NCBI GenBank assembly: GCA_030638185.1
Contig: DAOWFD010000382.1
Span: forward strand, 1 to 49,086
Origin: Candidatus Aegiribacteria sp.
GTDB taxonomy: Bacteria > Fermentibacterota > Fermentibacteria > Fermentibacterales > JCC-6
Direction: 5' to 3'
DNA: 49,086 nucleotides
In this document: piece after piece, positions 1 to 8,384 of the stretch
Numbering within the stretch: position 1 is the first letter of the stretch
How the letters are laid out: each line of letters begins with the position of its first letter
Program-made: the position numbers and the translations under genes
The notes under the pieces: generated by a model
Database searches by the model: none
Told to the model about the DNA's origin: nothing
The model's input: only the letters and a program-made list of their open reading frames with translations

Positions 1-381
1 CCCGATTATCCCGGAACCGCCATGGAATCCATCAGGGAGATGTACAGGCAGGTGGGAACACTCCTGACCGATTCGTCGGGAACGGCTGTACGGGGGCTGA
101 TAGTACGTCTCCTTGTGCTGCCCGACGGGATCGCAGGAACCGGGGATGTTCTCCGATTCATAGCGGATGAGCTTGGTAATGATGTCTTTGTTAGCCTGAT
201 GTCCCAGTATTACCCCGCCCACAACGCCCGCAGTTACCCCTCGCTCTCAAGAAAACTCATACCGGATGAATACTCTGAATTCGTGAAAGTACTTGAGGAA
301 CTTGGATTTGAAAACGGCTGGGTTCAGGATCCGGTAACCTCTCCGGACAGCTACCGCCCTGGAATCGATTTTAAACTGTAA
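1..381 (+). CDS. radical SAM protein, PflX-like (pyruvate formate-lyase activase homologue); C-terminal fragment, 5' end outside window
   Basis: Frame is open from nt 1. The tail GLIVRLLVLPDGIAGTGDVLRFIADELGNDVFVSLMSQYYPAHNA...DEYSEFVKVLEELGF resembles the conserved C-terminus of COG1313/PflX-type radical SAM proteins (recalled pattern). Confidence 0.6.
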   Translation, partial: PDYPGTAMESIREMYRQVGTLLTDSSGTAVRGLIVRLLVLPDGIAGTGDVLRFIADELGNDVFVSLMSQYYPAHNARSYPSLSRKLIPDEYSEFVKVLEELGFENGWVQDPVTSPDSYRPGIDFKL

Positions 382-404
382 TACAGTTCAGCTGAATGAA
401 TATG

Positions 405-1190
405 CTAATTGTTTTTCAGGAGAGTATGGATTTTCTCCGCTGCAATTTTCCCTGATAGAAGCATCCCCCCGAATACCGGTCCCATTCGATGGGCTCCCAT
501 GGCTGCATTTGCAGCCATACCGGCAACAAAGAGACCGGGCACGATTTCAATAGTGTTTTCCGCCAGAGCTCTCTCTCCCATGTCAGCATTCATGGACCTT
601 TCTCCCTCTATTCCGCCCGAAGGGGTTCTCAGTCTAAAACCTGTCTTTTCAATAACGGTGTGAAGAACCTCAAGCGGATGACCTGTGGCTTCGATCACGT
701 ATTCTGCGGAGATACACACGGGATCAACATGAAGACCGGCTATTTCAATAGGGCTGGAGGTAACCACCACTCCTGTAATCCTGTCACGGTTCACCATCAC
801 GTCTTCCACTGAGAAAAGGTTAAAAATGGACACACCTGCCCTGCAGGCCTCCGCTATAAGAGTGGCGATGGATTCAACCGAATTTGCAGTATAGTAACCG
901 GGGGAATAAAGCGATGTCCTCACTCCAAGTTCCTCGAGAATACTTTTCCCATCTTCCTGGACTACAATTACATTGAAGCCCATTCCTCCTCCCCACATGC
1001 CGCCCCCGGTGGAGAGCTTTCTGTCGAAAAGAGCCACTTTATGACCCTTAAGAGCCAGTTCCCTTGCGGCAGTCAGCCCTGCAGGCCCGCCTCCGGTAAC
1101 TGCCACATCCAGCTCAAGGTTGTCGAGCAGGCTGCTCATGTAAGTATCTACAATAGCCCTGGTTATTTCAACTTCATTTAACTTGCTCAA
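405..1190 (-). CDS. thi4: thiazole synthase, Thi4/THI1 family (archaeal/eukaryotic-type)
   Basis: Dinucleotide-binding motif DVAVTGGGPAGLTAARELA, plus GGGMWGGGMGFN and EATGH. TTG start with GGAG 6 nt upstream. Last gene of the thiM-thiE-thi4 operon. Confidence 0.85.
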   Translation of the reverse strand: MSKLNEVEITRAIVDTYMSSLLDNLELDVAVTGGGPAGLTAARELALKGHKVALFDRKLSTGGGMWGGGMGFNVIVVQEDGKSILEELGVRTSLYSPGYYTANSVESIATLIAEACRAGVSIFNLFSVEDVMVNRDRITGVVVTSSPIEIAGLHVDPVCISAEYVIEATGHPLEVLHTVIEKTGFRLRTPSGGIEGERSMNADMGERALAENTIEIVPGLFVAGMAANAAMGAHRMGPVFGGMLLSGKIAAEKIHTLLKNN

Positions 1191-1218
1191 GGAAATCTCC
1201 GTTCTGAATTGTAATGTC

Positions 1219-1860
1219 TCATGTTCGGCCAGGTTTGCTCCGTCCCTTCAGAAGAGCCCTGACCACATCAGGGACATCCTCTGCTGCCATTATTGCCGAC
1301 ACAACGGCGATACCGTCAGCGCCTGCCTTCCGGACGATATCCGCATTGGAAGCATTTATACCCCCTATGGCAACAAGGGGAAGCGGAGAAACTTTTTTCA
1401 GTTCAGTTACAGCTTCCGTTCCCAGAGGTTCGCCCAGATCAGTCTTGGTGTCCGTGGGAAAAATAAGGTTGGCTGCAATATAATCAGCCCCCTCTTTCCA
1501 TGCAGACTCTGCCTCCCGGGGAGATCTGGCGGATGCTCCTATAACAGGATCAGGACCAAGAATTTTCCTTGCCAGGAGAACAGGCATATCATCCTGTCCC
1601 AGGTGAACCCCGTCGGCACCGGTTGCCAATGCAACGTCAACCCTGTCATTCACGATAAACAGCGCTCTATGTCTTCTGCAGAGATTTTGCAGGATAACTG
1701 CCATCTGAATCAACTCTCGTGTGGAAGCATTCTTGTCACGGAGCTGCAGGGCACCTACTCCTGCCCCAAGGGCAAGCCTGCAGGTTTCCACTACGCCCCT
1801 GCTGCCACAGAGGAGAGGGTCGGTTACAAGATAGAGATAAAGCTGTTCAGGGTTTCTCAA
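1219..1860 (-). CDS. thiE: thiamine-phosphate synthase
   Basis: LYLVTDP, ALQLRDK, GADGVHLGQDD and AIGGI motifs. TTG start overlaps the thiM stop (TTGA). Confidence 0.9.
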   Translation of the reverse strand: MRNPEQLYLYLVTDPLLCGSRGVVETCRLALGAGVGALQLRDKNASTRELIQMAVILQNLCRRHRALFIVNDRVDVALATGADGVHLGQDDMPVLLARKILGPDPVIGASARSPREAESAWKEGADYIAANLIFPTDTKTDLGEPLGTEAVTELKKVSPLPLVAIGGINASNADIVRKAGADGIAVVSAIMAAEDVPDVVRALLKGRSKPGRT

Positions 1861-2660
1861 AAAATTTCCGCTCTGATGTGGCTTTCGATAATTTTGCGGT
1901 TCAGATCTGATAGAGCGTCAAGAAAACAGGGAACAAAGGTACCGGGGCCGGCGCATACTTCCGCGGCATTCTCTCCCGCAATGCCGATGGCAACAAGTCC
2001 ACCCAGTGCCGCATGGAATGGATCTTCCATCGCTGCTGCGAAACAGGCTACGGAAGTTGAGGCGGAGCAGCCGGTACCCGTAACCCTTCCCATCAAGGAA
2101 TGACCGTTCTCTATCCTTGCAGTCCGATTTCCATCGGTAACTATATCAGAGATACCAGTAACTGCAATCACACTGCCCGATTCCGCGGCAAACGAAAGAA
2201 TCAGATCAATATGGTCCTCAACTGAATCCATAGAATCTACTCCGCGGACTTTTCCTTCCGCGCCCGAAAGAGCAAGAATCTCTCCGGCATTTCCCCGGAT
2301 AACAGCGATCTCAAGTTCTCTGATTATCAACTTTGCGGAATCGGTTCTGAGTCCGGTAGCACCTGCTCCAACAGGATCGAAGATTATGGGTATTCCAAGT
2401 TCGTTTGCCACTTTTCCCGCCGCCAGCATGCTCCTGACAAGGCCGAGGTCCAGAGTTCCGATATTCAGAAGCAATGCCCCCGCGAATCGCACCATCTCGG
2501 GGGATTCCTTTATACAAGGTGCCATTACGGGAGCCGCACCCAGGCACAGCGTAACATTCGCAGTAAAATTCATCACTACGGTATTCGTTATATGATGAAT
2601 CATGGGCCTGCTGCTTCTGATGGAATCCAGGCCCTGGCAGGTTATCTCTGCGGGTTTCAT
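1857..2660 (-). CDS. thiM: hydroxyethylthiazole kinase
   Basis: IHHITNTVVMNFTANVTLCLGAAPVMA, FDPVGAGAT, VIRGNAGEI and RVTGTGC closely parallel Bacillus ThiM. Confidence 0.9.
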   Translation of the reverse strand: MKPAEITCQGLDSIRSSRPMIHHITNTVVMNFTANVTLCLGAAPVMAPCIKESPEMVRFAGALLLNIGTLDLGLVRSMLAAGKVANELGIPIIFDPVGAGATGLRTDSAKLIIRELEIAVIRGNAGEILALSGAEGKVRGVDSMDSVEDHIDLILSFAAESGSVIAVTGISDIVTDGNRTARIENGHSLMGRVTGTGCSASTSVACFAAAMEDPFHAALGGLVAIGIAGENAAEVCAGPGTFVPCFLDALSDLNRKIIESHIRAEIF

Positions 2661-2670
2661 AAAAGCCTCC

Positions 2671-2753
2671 GGATTTTCTTACGCCGGTATTACCCGGGTC
2701 AAGTTCCAGGAGTTGTATTCTCAGACCCGGAATCTCCGGGCCACCCCCAATCC
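2671..2753 (-). promoter_or_regulatory. TPP (THI-box) riboswitch in the thiM leader
   Basis: The minus strand reads GGAUUGGGGGUGGCCCGGAGAUUCCGGGUCUGAGAAUACAACUCCUGGAACUUGACCCGGGUAAUACCGGCGUAAGAAAAUCC. It has the THI-box core (GGGGUG, CUGAGA, GAAC-UGA-CC, GGUAAUACC-GCG) and a P1 helix GGAUU/AAUCC. The SD GGAGG abuts the P1 3' strand, 5 nt before the thiM ATG. Confidence 0.85.
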
Positions 2754-2855
2754 ATCCCCAAAGCTATGAACGATGAATTTCATCGTCAAACATGAAGGCT
2801 TGTTCAATCCTTCCCGTATGGTTATTTCAGGCAGATACAAAGGGTACCGCTAAAC

Positions 2856-5342
2856 ATGAGAAAGGCAAATACAATGACAATAGTTATCATGCTTGTTTCC
2901 GCAGCACTCACCTCCGGGCTGCAGCCCGGAGACCCCTGGCCATCTGAAGCGGATTCCGCTATGGCACTCGCCATGGACACGCTGAACCTTACCAGGGAAC
3001 AGCTGGATTTCGACAGACACTGGGCAACCGGGGTTCACCTCGCTGATTCTACGGTATTAAGGGCCATTCAGCATGTAGAGGAAATTCCTGTAATTCTTAA
3101 AGAGTATCTTGACATGTTAACCGATTACAGGCTTTCAGAATCGGATGAAACAGGCAGGGAAGGACTTCCTGTGATCATCGATCTGCTTCAGGAAGCCGAT
3201 TCAATGGTACAGCAGGGGATGGATAATCTGGGACGGGACACAGTGGATTCACTGATAGCTGTAATCCCCGCGCTCTGGCTGAACGAGAACGACCCTCTTG
3301 ACTGGGATTCGTTTATCGAGAGCTGGAACATAGAACCCTTTCCCGATGGTGATATGGAGATGGATACGCTTGCCTCTCTATTTGAGAGGTGCCATTTTGA
3401 AGTAAGTATTCCACTCGATGAACTCGTAATTGCTTCAAGAAGCCTTCAGGGAGCACAATGGCCGGCGGAACTGTCCGTTACCCTTCCCGGTGTTTACGGA
3501 ACTACAGCATCGTTCTGTTTCGATGGTCCGGTCAGATGGGTCATTGGAGGAGAAGGAGATAACGTATACACGAAGGATTGCCCGTTTGAGCTGATCATCG
3601 ATACGGGCGGAAACGATTTCTACGGAGACGGCATAGGGGGAGCCGCAGGGCCTGCCGGAAAAAGAATATCAGTTGTAATAGACCTGTATGGAAACGATAC
3701 CTATTCAAGCACTTCCCCGGTCAGTCAGGGATGCGGTCTTATGGGGCTGGGGGGAGTGATTGACCTTGAAGGGAATGATTCCTACAGGGCAGAGGACTTC
3801 TCACAGGGGGCAGGATTGATGGGCTTCGGCTTTCTTATTGACCTTCAGGGCGAAGATTATTTCAGGGGCGGCACATTCAGCCAGGGAGCCGGCTGCCTTG
3901 GAATGGGAATTCTGTATGACGGTTCCGGCGATGATTTCAGACAGGTTGACATGTTCGGACAGGGCTTCGGAGGGCCCTCCGGCAGGGGAATCCTTGTTGA
4001 TATGGATGGAAGCGACTGCTCTCTGGCCGGTTTCAGATACTCCCATGAACCTCTGTTGCCGGATGACAACCAGGCCATGTCACAGGGCTTCGGAATGGGG
4101 CTGAGACCCCTGATAGCCGGGGGCATCGGGCTCATGGCGGACTATGGCGAAGGTAACGATACCTACAGGGCTGAAGTATTCGGCCAGGGATGCTCATACT
4201 TTTACAGCCTTGGAATGCTGTATGACCAGGGGGGACAGGATACCTACCAGGCAACCCAGTACAGCCAGGGATCCGGGATTCATCTTGCATCCGGGTGCCT
4301 GTGGGACGGAGACGGTGACGACAGTTACTTCTCAAGAAACGGACCGGCCCAGGGAAGCGCCCACGATCTTTCCACCGGGTTTCTTCTGGATGGCGGGGGG
4401 AATGACTGGTACTGCTCCGATGGAGGCCAGTCCCTCTCCCTGACAAACTCCGCATCTATCTTCATCGATATCGAGGGGGATGATACCTATTGCGCAAGGG
4501 GAGGGGGACAGGGTGAAGCCCGTTGGGCAAGAGGATCATCAGGAGCGGGAGTTTTCATCGATCTGGCTGATAATGATGTCTACCTCGGCTCCGGCTCCGA
4601 TTCGACCCGATGGCTTTCCCTTGAATACGGAGTCGGTGTCGACCTTCCGAACCTGACTCCCGGTGGTCTCAACCCCCAGGATCCCATTGGCGACCCGGAA
4701 TCACTTGAACTTGATTCGCTGTTTTCCGTTGCCTCGGAATGGGGCGTGGGACCCAACAATGAAAGGGTCAACGCCCACCGCTCCGAGCTGGCATCAAGGG
4801 GTGAAGAGGCAGTCAGGTATCTGATAGAGAATCATATGGGAACACTTAGCGGGTTGGAAAGCCGGGCCATGGAAAGAGTATTCAGAGAAAATATAGATAT
4901 TTGTATGGAACTTTTACTCGAATCACTCAATACAATTGACAGCATACCGGCAAGAAACGGAGGGAATCTGATTTATTTTCTCGGAAAACTTGAAGACGAC
5001 AGAGCAAGAATTCCGCTTGAGCGGATGCTGTCCTGTCCGGACGATAGTATGTCAACAGGTCGGACAACAGGAATCGTAAAGGCCCTGGGAACAATCGGGA
5101 ATTCTGAATCACTGCCGGTCATCCTGCCGTTGGCAGGAGATTCTACAGACAGAGTAAGGCGGGAGGTTGCAGTTTCCATTGGAGAGATCTGCGATGCCAT
5201 GGCTGTTGATATCCTGAAGGAACTTGTTCAGGATCCCGCCCTTGACGTGAGGTCAGCGGCCGAACGTGCGCTACGGCTCATTGAAGAAAGCATTTCCGAG
5301 GAGGATGAGAGCAGCGTGAACGGAAACGATCAGGTTAATTGA
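2856..5342 (+). CDS. secreted repeat protein: N-terminal domain, 13 x ~27-aa GxDxY/QGxG repeats (predicted beta-solenoid), C-terminal HEAT repeats
   Basis: Signal peptide MRKANTMTIVIMLVSAALTSG. GxD[DNST]xY motifs recur every 26-28 residues from aa 234 to 576. The C-terminus has PBS-lyase/HEAT-like repeats (ALGTIGNSESLPVILPLAGDSTDRVRREVAVSIGEI...DPALDVRSAAERAL). Confidence 0.8.
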   Translation: MRKANTMTIVIMLVSAALTSGLQPGDPWPSEADSAMALAMDTLNLTREQLDFDRHWATGVHLADSTVLRAIQHVEEIPVILKEYLDMLTDYRLSESDETGREGLPVIIDLLQEADSMVQQGMDNLGRDTVDSLIAVIPALWLNENDPLDWDSFIESWNIEPFPDGDMEMDTLASLFERCHFEVSIPLDELVIASRSLQGAQWPAELSVTLPGVYGTTASFCFDGPVRWVIGGEGDNVYTKDCPFELIIDTGGNDFYGDGIGGAAGPAGKRISVVIDLYGNDTYSSTSPVSQGCGLMGLGGVIDLEGNDSYRAEDFSQGAGLMGFGFLIDLQGEDYFRGGTFSQGAGCLGMGILYDGSGDDFRQVDMFGQGFGGPSGRGILVDMDGSDCSLAGFRYSHEPLLPDDNQAMSQGFGMGLRPLIAGGIGLMADYGEGNDTYRAEVFGQGCSYFYSLGMLYDQGGQDTYQATQYSQGSGIHLASGCLWDGDGDDSYFSRNGPAQGSAHDLSTGFLLDGGGNDWYCSDGGQSLSLTNSASIFIDIEGDDTYCARGGGQGEARWARGSSGAGVFIDLADNDVYLGSGSDSTRWLSLEYGVGVDLPNLTPGGLNPQDPIGDPESLELDSLFSVASEWGVGPNNERVNAHRSELASRGEEAVRYLIENHMGTLSGLESRAMERVFRENIDICMELLLESLNTIDSIPARNGGNLIYFLGKLEDDRARIPLERMLSCPDDSMSTGRTTGIVKALGTIGNSESLPVILPLAGDSTDRVRREVAVSIGEICDAMAVDILKELVQDPALDVRSAAERALRLIEESISEEDESSVNGNDQVN

Positions 5343-5367
5343 CATGTTACACCTGTAGATTTATCTT
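5339..5367 (+). promoter_or_regulatory. possible sigma-70-type promoter (TTGACA-N17-TATCTT)
   Basis: TTGACA at 5339-5344, a 17-nt spacer, then TATCTT at 5362-5367. It lies about 55 nt upstream of the lipoprotein ATG and overlaps the stop of the preceding gene. Confidence 0.35.
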
Positions 5368-5422
5368 GCTGGTGTGTGTGAGAAACAGAATTGTACGTGA
5401 ACTAAAGCAGAAAGGAAAATCC

Positions 5423-6235
5423 ATGAAAAAACTTGGACTTATTGTACTTGTGGCCGGAATCGTACTGATGGCTGGCTGCGCAGGAGACGATCCGGCCGGT
5501 CCTTCAGGGACACTGCCAGCTGTTACGGGGCTTGCAATAGGAACATCTTCCGCGGGAAGGAATGTTGACCTTTCCTGGAACGCTGTGGATGACGTTGACG
5601 GCTACAAGATATACTTCCGTGCCAGTTCAACCGGCGCCTGGACGGATAGTGTTGATGTAACAAGCGGGACCAGCGGCCAACACGCAAATGCTACATCAGC
5701 TGGTTATTACACCGTAAAAGCTTACGAGGGAAATAACTACTCCGAAAACAACTCCAATATAGTTAATACGTTACCCACCGATGTCTCAACAACTTACACC
5801 ATCTATGACAATTACAGCGCTGTCGGTCAGCCCAGCGGCTTCATCTTCGGTACAACTGCCGGTCAGACCGGTTCGGCCTCCAGCGGTTCATTCGAACAGG
5901 ACATCTACGCCTTCGATGAGGATGCACCCATTCTCGGTGACTTAACCGTAAGGCTTTACACGGGCGACAAGGCCCCCTTCGGTACCGGCAAAACCACCTA
6001 CATGGCAGAGCCTGATAACACCGGTTACTGCGATCTCTACCCCACCGGAACATGGCACAGTGCCTACAGCCTCAACGCAGGTGATGTAAGGGTTTTCCTC
6101 TATCTGGAGAACGGTCATTACGTGAAGATGTACAATATAGTCGTCACAGAAGATACTGAAACTGCAAACGGCACAAAGGTAAGCTTCAGCTACGAGATCC
6201 AGACAGGCGGCCTTACCCTCTTCACAAGCAACTAG
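5423..6235 (+). CDS. lipoprotein with fibronectin-III-like domain, function unknown
   Basis: ATG at 5423 is preceded by AAGGA. Lipobox MKKLGLIVLVAGIVLMAGC. LSWNAVDDVDGYKIYF is an Fn3-like signature. The upstream part of the track ORF (5339-5422) lacks coding features. Confidence 0.75.
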   Translation: MKKLGLIVLVAGIVLMAGCAGDDPAGPSGTLPAVTGLAIGTSSAGRNVDLSWNAVDDVDGYKIYFRASSTGAWTDSVDVTSGTSGQHANATSAGYYTVKAYEGNNYSENNSNIVNTLPTDVSTTYTIYDNYSAVGQPSGFIFGTTAGQTGSASSGSFEQDIYAFDEDAPILGDLTVRLYTGDKAPFGTGKTTYMAEPDNTGYCDLYPTGTWHSAYSLNAGDVRVFLYLENGHYVKMYNIVVTEDTETANGTKVSFSYEIQTGGLTLFTSN

Positions 6236-6260
6236 AAGAGGTTTCGAGGGACAATAATAA

Positions 6261-6288
6261 GGGGGGAGCCTAATGCTCCCCTCTTTTC
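6261..6288 (+). terminator. rho-independent terminator
   Basis: GGGGGGAGC-CTAAT-GCTCCCCTC hairpin followed by TTTT. Confidence 0.7.
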
Positions 6289-6305
6289 AATATGGAGGAT
6301 AGAAT

Positions 6306-7094
6306 ATGTACCGTTCATTTGTTGGCTCACCGGTGGTCCTTTTGCTCGCCTGCATGTTCGCCGGAACCGGTGTAATGGTGACGTCATTGGAGGCGAGCCT
6401 GCCTGACGGTCTCGGTGACATCTTCGAAGGGATCAGTAATCAGTACAGCGGATCCTGGGGGATCGGAGTGATGGAGCTGAACACGGGGGAATCGGAAACT
6501 TTGGACGGGAATCAACAATTCCATATGGAATCGCCCCACCTTCCCATGACCGCATGCGGCATTGAGATATCCAATGCGGGAGTGTTGCCTCTTGATTCCC
6601 TCATAGCAAGAAACGAGCAGTTCTGGGAGAAGCTTCACTGGTCCCAGCAGGGAGGACGCGGCACCTGCCAGGCCGTGTTGTACGTTATGGGCGAGCAACT
6701 GATTAACGATTGGATCGAACAGGGAGGATATACCGGCACAGTTGTAAAAGGTGTGCAGCTCTTCTTTCCCGATTGTCCACAGGTGGACCCGAACTATATA
6801 ACCGCAAGGGACGGTCTTGAATTCCTGAGGATCATCTACGATAATTTTGACAGGCCCTACGTAGCAGGCATAGGGACCAACCCGCCCCTGTCCAACCACA
6901 ACAGGGAAACTCTGAAACTGGGAAATGACATCTACGGATGGATCGATGATACAGGGGAGTGGCGCCATCTGTTCATTATCATTGACAGACCCCAGGGCTC
7001 CGACTTCGGGATTGTTGTTCTGGCCGAAGGGATTGATGACCCGCAGGACGTGGACAGCGGATTCAGGACCATCTGCGAGGCCCTGACAGACTGA
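6306..7094 (+). CDS. secreted class-A beta-lactamase-fold protein with degenerate catalytic motifs
   Basis: Has a signal peptide. FHMESPHLPMTACGI aligns by eye with the FPMxSTFK(V/L)L block (Ser kept, Lys replaced by Leu). GWIDDTGE sits in place of KTG. Paralogous to the 7555-8286 gene. Confidence 0.6.
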   Translation: MYRSFVGSPVVLLLACMFAGTGVMVTSLEASLPDGLGDIFEGISNQYSGSWGIGVMELNTGESETLDGNQQFHMESPHLPMTACGIEISNAGVLPLDSLIARNEQFWEKLHWSQQGGRGTCQAVLYVMGEQLINDWIEQGGYTGTVVKGVQLFFPDCPQVDPNYITARDGLEFLRIIYDNFDRPYVAGIGTNPPLSNHNRETLKLGNDIYGWIDDTGEWRHLFIIIDRPQGSDFGIVVLAEGIDDPQDVDSGFRTICEALTD

Positions 7095-7146
7095 CCCTGA
7101 AGCCGGATAGATGGAATTGATATTTGTCCCTTTTAAAAGAGGAAAC

Positions 7147-7515
7147 ATGAAAACGGTTCTGATGTTAGCTGTATTCCTTTTGGTTGGCTGCAGTAATCCC
7201 TGGGGACATGACCTTTCAATCACGGTTACCCATCCTCCGGCGGAGGGAGTACAGGTAGACAGGAGCTATATCATAAAATGGACACTTAGCGCGCCGGATT
7301 ATTCCAACACCGGAATACTGATTTTCGTTGACACCGACCTCAATCCGGAAACAGGTCTTATCCAGATATCCGATACCCTTTCGGTGGAGTCATCAGGTTA
7401 CCTCTGGGACTGTACCCTCTTCCCTGAAGATGATTACTATGTTAGAGTCATGCTTTTCGAGGGAAGCAACTCTGCGCATGATTACAGCGAAGGAACGGTT
7501 AGGGTTATACATTAG
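7147..7515 (+). CDS. small lipoprotein, single beta-sandwich-like domain
   Basis: ATG at 7147. Lipobox MKTVLMLAVFLLVGCS. Pattern ITVTHP..G..V....YIIKWT......ILIFVD...Y.W.C.....DYYVRV resembles Kre9/KNH-like beta-sandwich domains. Confidence 0.65.
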   Translation: MKTVLMLAVFLLVGCSNPWGHDLSITVTHPPAEGVQVDRSYIIKWTLSAPDYSNTGILIFVDTDLNPETGLIQISDTLSVESSGYLWDCTLFPEDDYYVRVMLFEGSNSAHDYSEGTVRVIH

Positions 7516-7554
7516 AAAGTAAGCTGTGAATATGAAAAGGAGTCGTTAAAGCCT

Positions 7555-8286
7555 TTGAAAGACAGGACCTCCGTTATTGTTTGTCTGGTGATTATTATTC
7601 TATTCAATACGCCGGTTACGGCGTCGATTCCATCTTTTCTCCGGAGCCTGGGGATTCACCCGATAGAGGATTCCGGAAACGAAACACAGCGAGTGATCAG
7701 TTCGATTCAGGCTCTGGAAGAATTACCTGGAATCAGATTCAGTGTCCTTATTATTGATCTTCCTTCCGGGAGCCCTGTAGCACTGTCCGGTGAAGGTGTA
7801 TTCCCATTTAACATTCCGGAAGTATTTTTTCTCGCATACGCGATAGATATGATGCGGGTAGACAGCATTACATCGGGAACGCTGCCGGAAATTGAAACCG
7901 TAGCATCGTGGATCAATAACGCCGGTATGGATGATACACATTTAGTCGGAACGGGAAGCCCTGATTCACCCGAAACCATATCTTCAAGCACGGCAGAAGA
8001 TGTCGCACGGGCCCTTCAGATAATCCATTCAGGTATGGATATGCCTTCAGTGATGGAAATACTGGAAAACCCCGACATGGGGGAAGGACAGGCGTCGTCC
8101 GTTGGAGAAGGCTGGGATCTGTACGGATGGGTTGATTCCGGAGAAAACCACAAAACGTTTGCTTTAATAGCCATATCCCCAGAAGGAAGGGAACTGGGAT
8201 TTATTCTTCTGAGTGATGATCTCTGCTGTGATGAAAAGGGTAACCTCGCAATGATGCTCCTCTGGGAAGCCGTTCAGGAGCTTTGA
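7555..8286 (+). CDS. secreted class-A beta-lactamase-fold protein lacking catalytic Ser and Lys (paralogue of 6306-7094)
   Basis: TTG start with a signal peptide. FPFNIPEVFFLAYAI sits at the SxxK position (Ser replaced by Ile, Lys by Val). GWVDSGE sits at the KTG position. C-terminal FALIAISPEGRELGFILLSD parallels LFIIIDRPQGSDFGIVVLAE of the paralogue. Confidence 0.6.
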   Translation: MKDRTSVIVCLVIIILFNTPVTASIPSFLRSLGIHPIEDSGNETQRVISSIQALEELPGIRFSVLIIDLPSGSPVALSGEGVFPFNIPEVFFLAYAIDMMRVDSITSGTLPEIETVASWINNAGMDDTHLVGTGSPDSPETISSSTAEDVARALQIIHSGMDMPSVMEILENPDMGEGQASSVGEGWDLYGWVDSGENHKTFALIAISPEGRELGFILLSDDLCCDEKGNLAMMLLWEAVQEL

Positions 8287-8315
8287 TTGACAGACCTTGC
8301 CAGTCAACATATAAT
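8287..8315 (+). promoter_or_regulatory. consensus sigma-70 promoter TTGACA-N17-TATAAT
   Basis: TTGACA at 8287-8292 and TATAAT at 8310-8315 with exactly 17 nt between them, about 70 nt upstream of the beta-barrel gene ATG. Confidence 0.6.
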
Positions 8316-8384
8316 GTATTAAACTTAATCAAAGTTATTGTTGTAAGGGTGGAATTGGCCGCTCTTAAAACGAGGAGGAGAGTA

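Noticed and set aside
1183-2103. 306-aa plus-strand ORF overlapping thiE and thiM
   Set aside because: It is antisense to two genes with unambiguous homology. The product is low-complexity and Cys/Arg/Ser-rich, with no motifs, no SD and no signal.
6384-7223. 279-aa minus-strand ORF covering the whole 6306-7094 gene
   Set aside because: The plus-strand gene has a signal peptide, a paralogue at 7555-8286 and a recognisable fold pattern. The antisense product has none of these and would run against the cluster's transcription direction.
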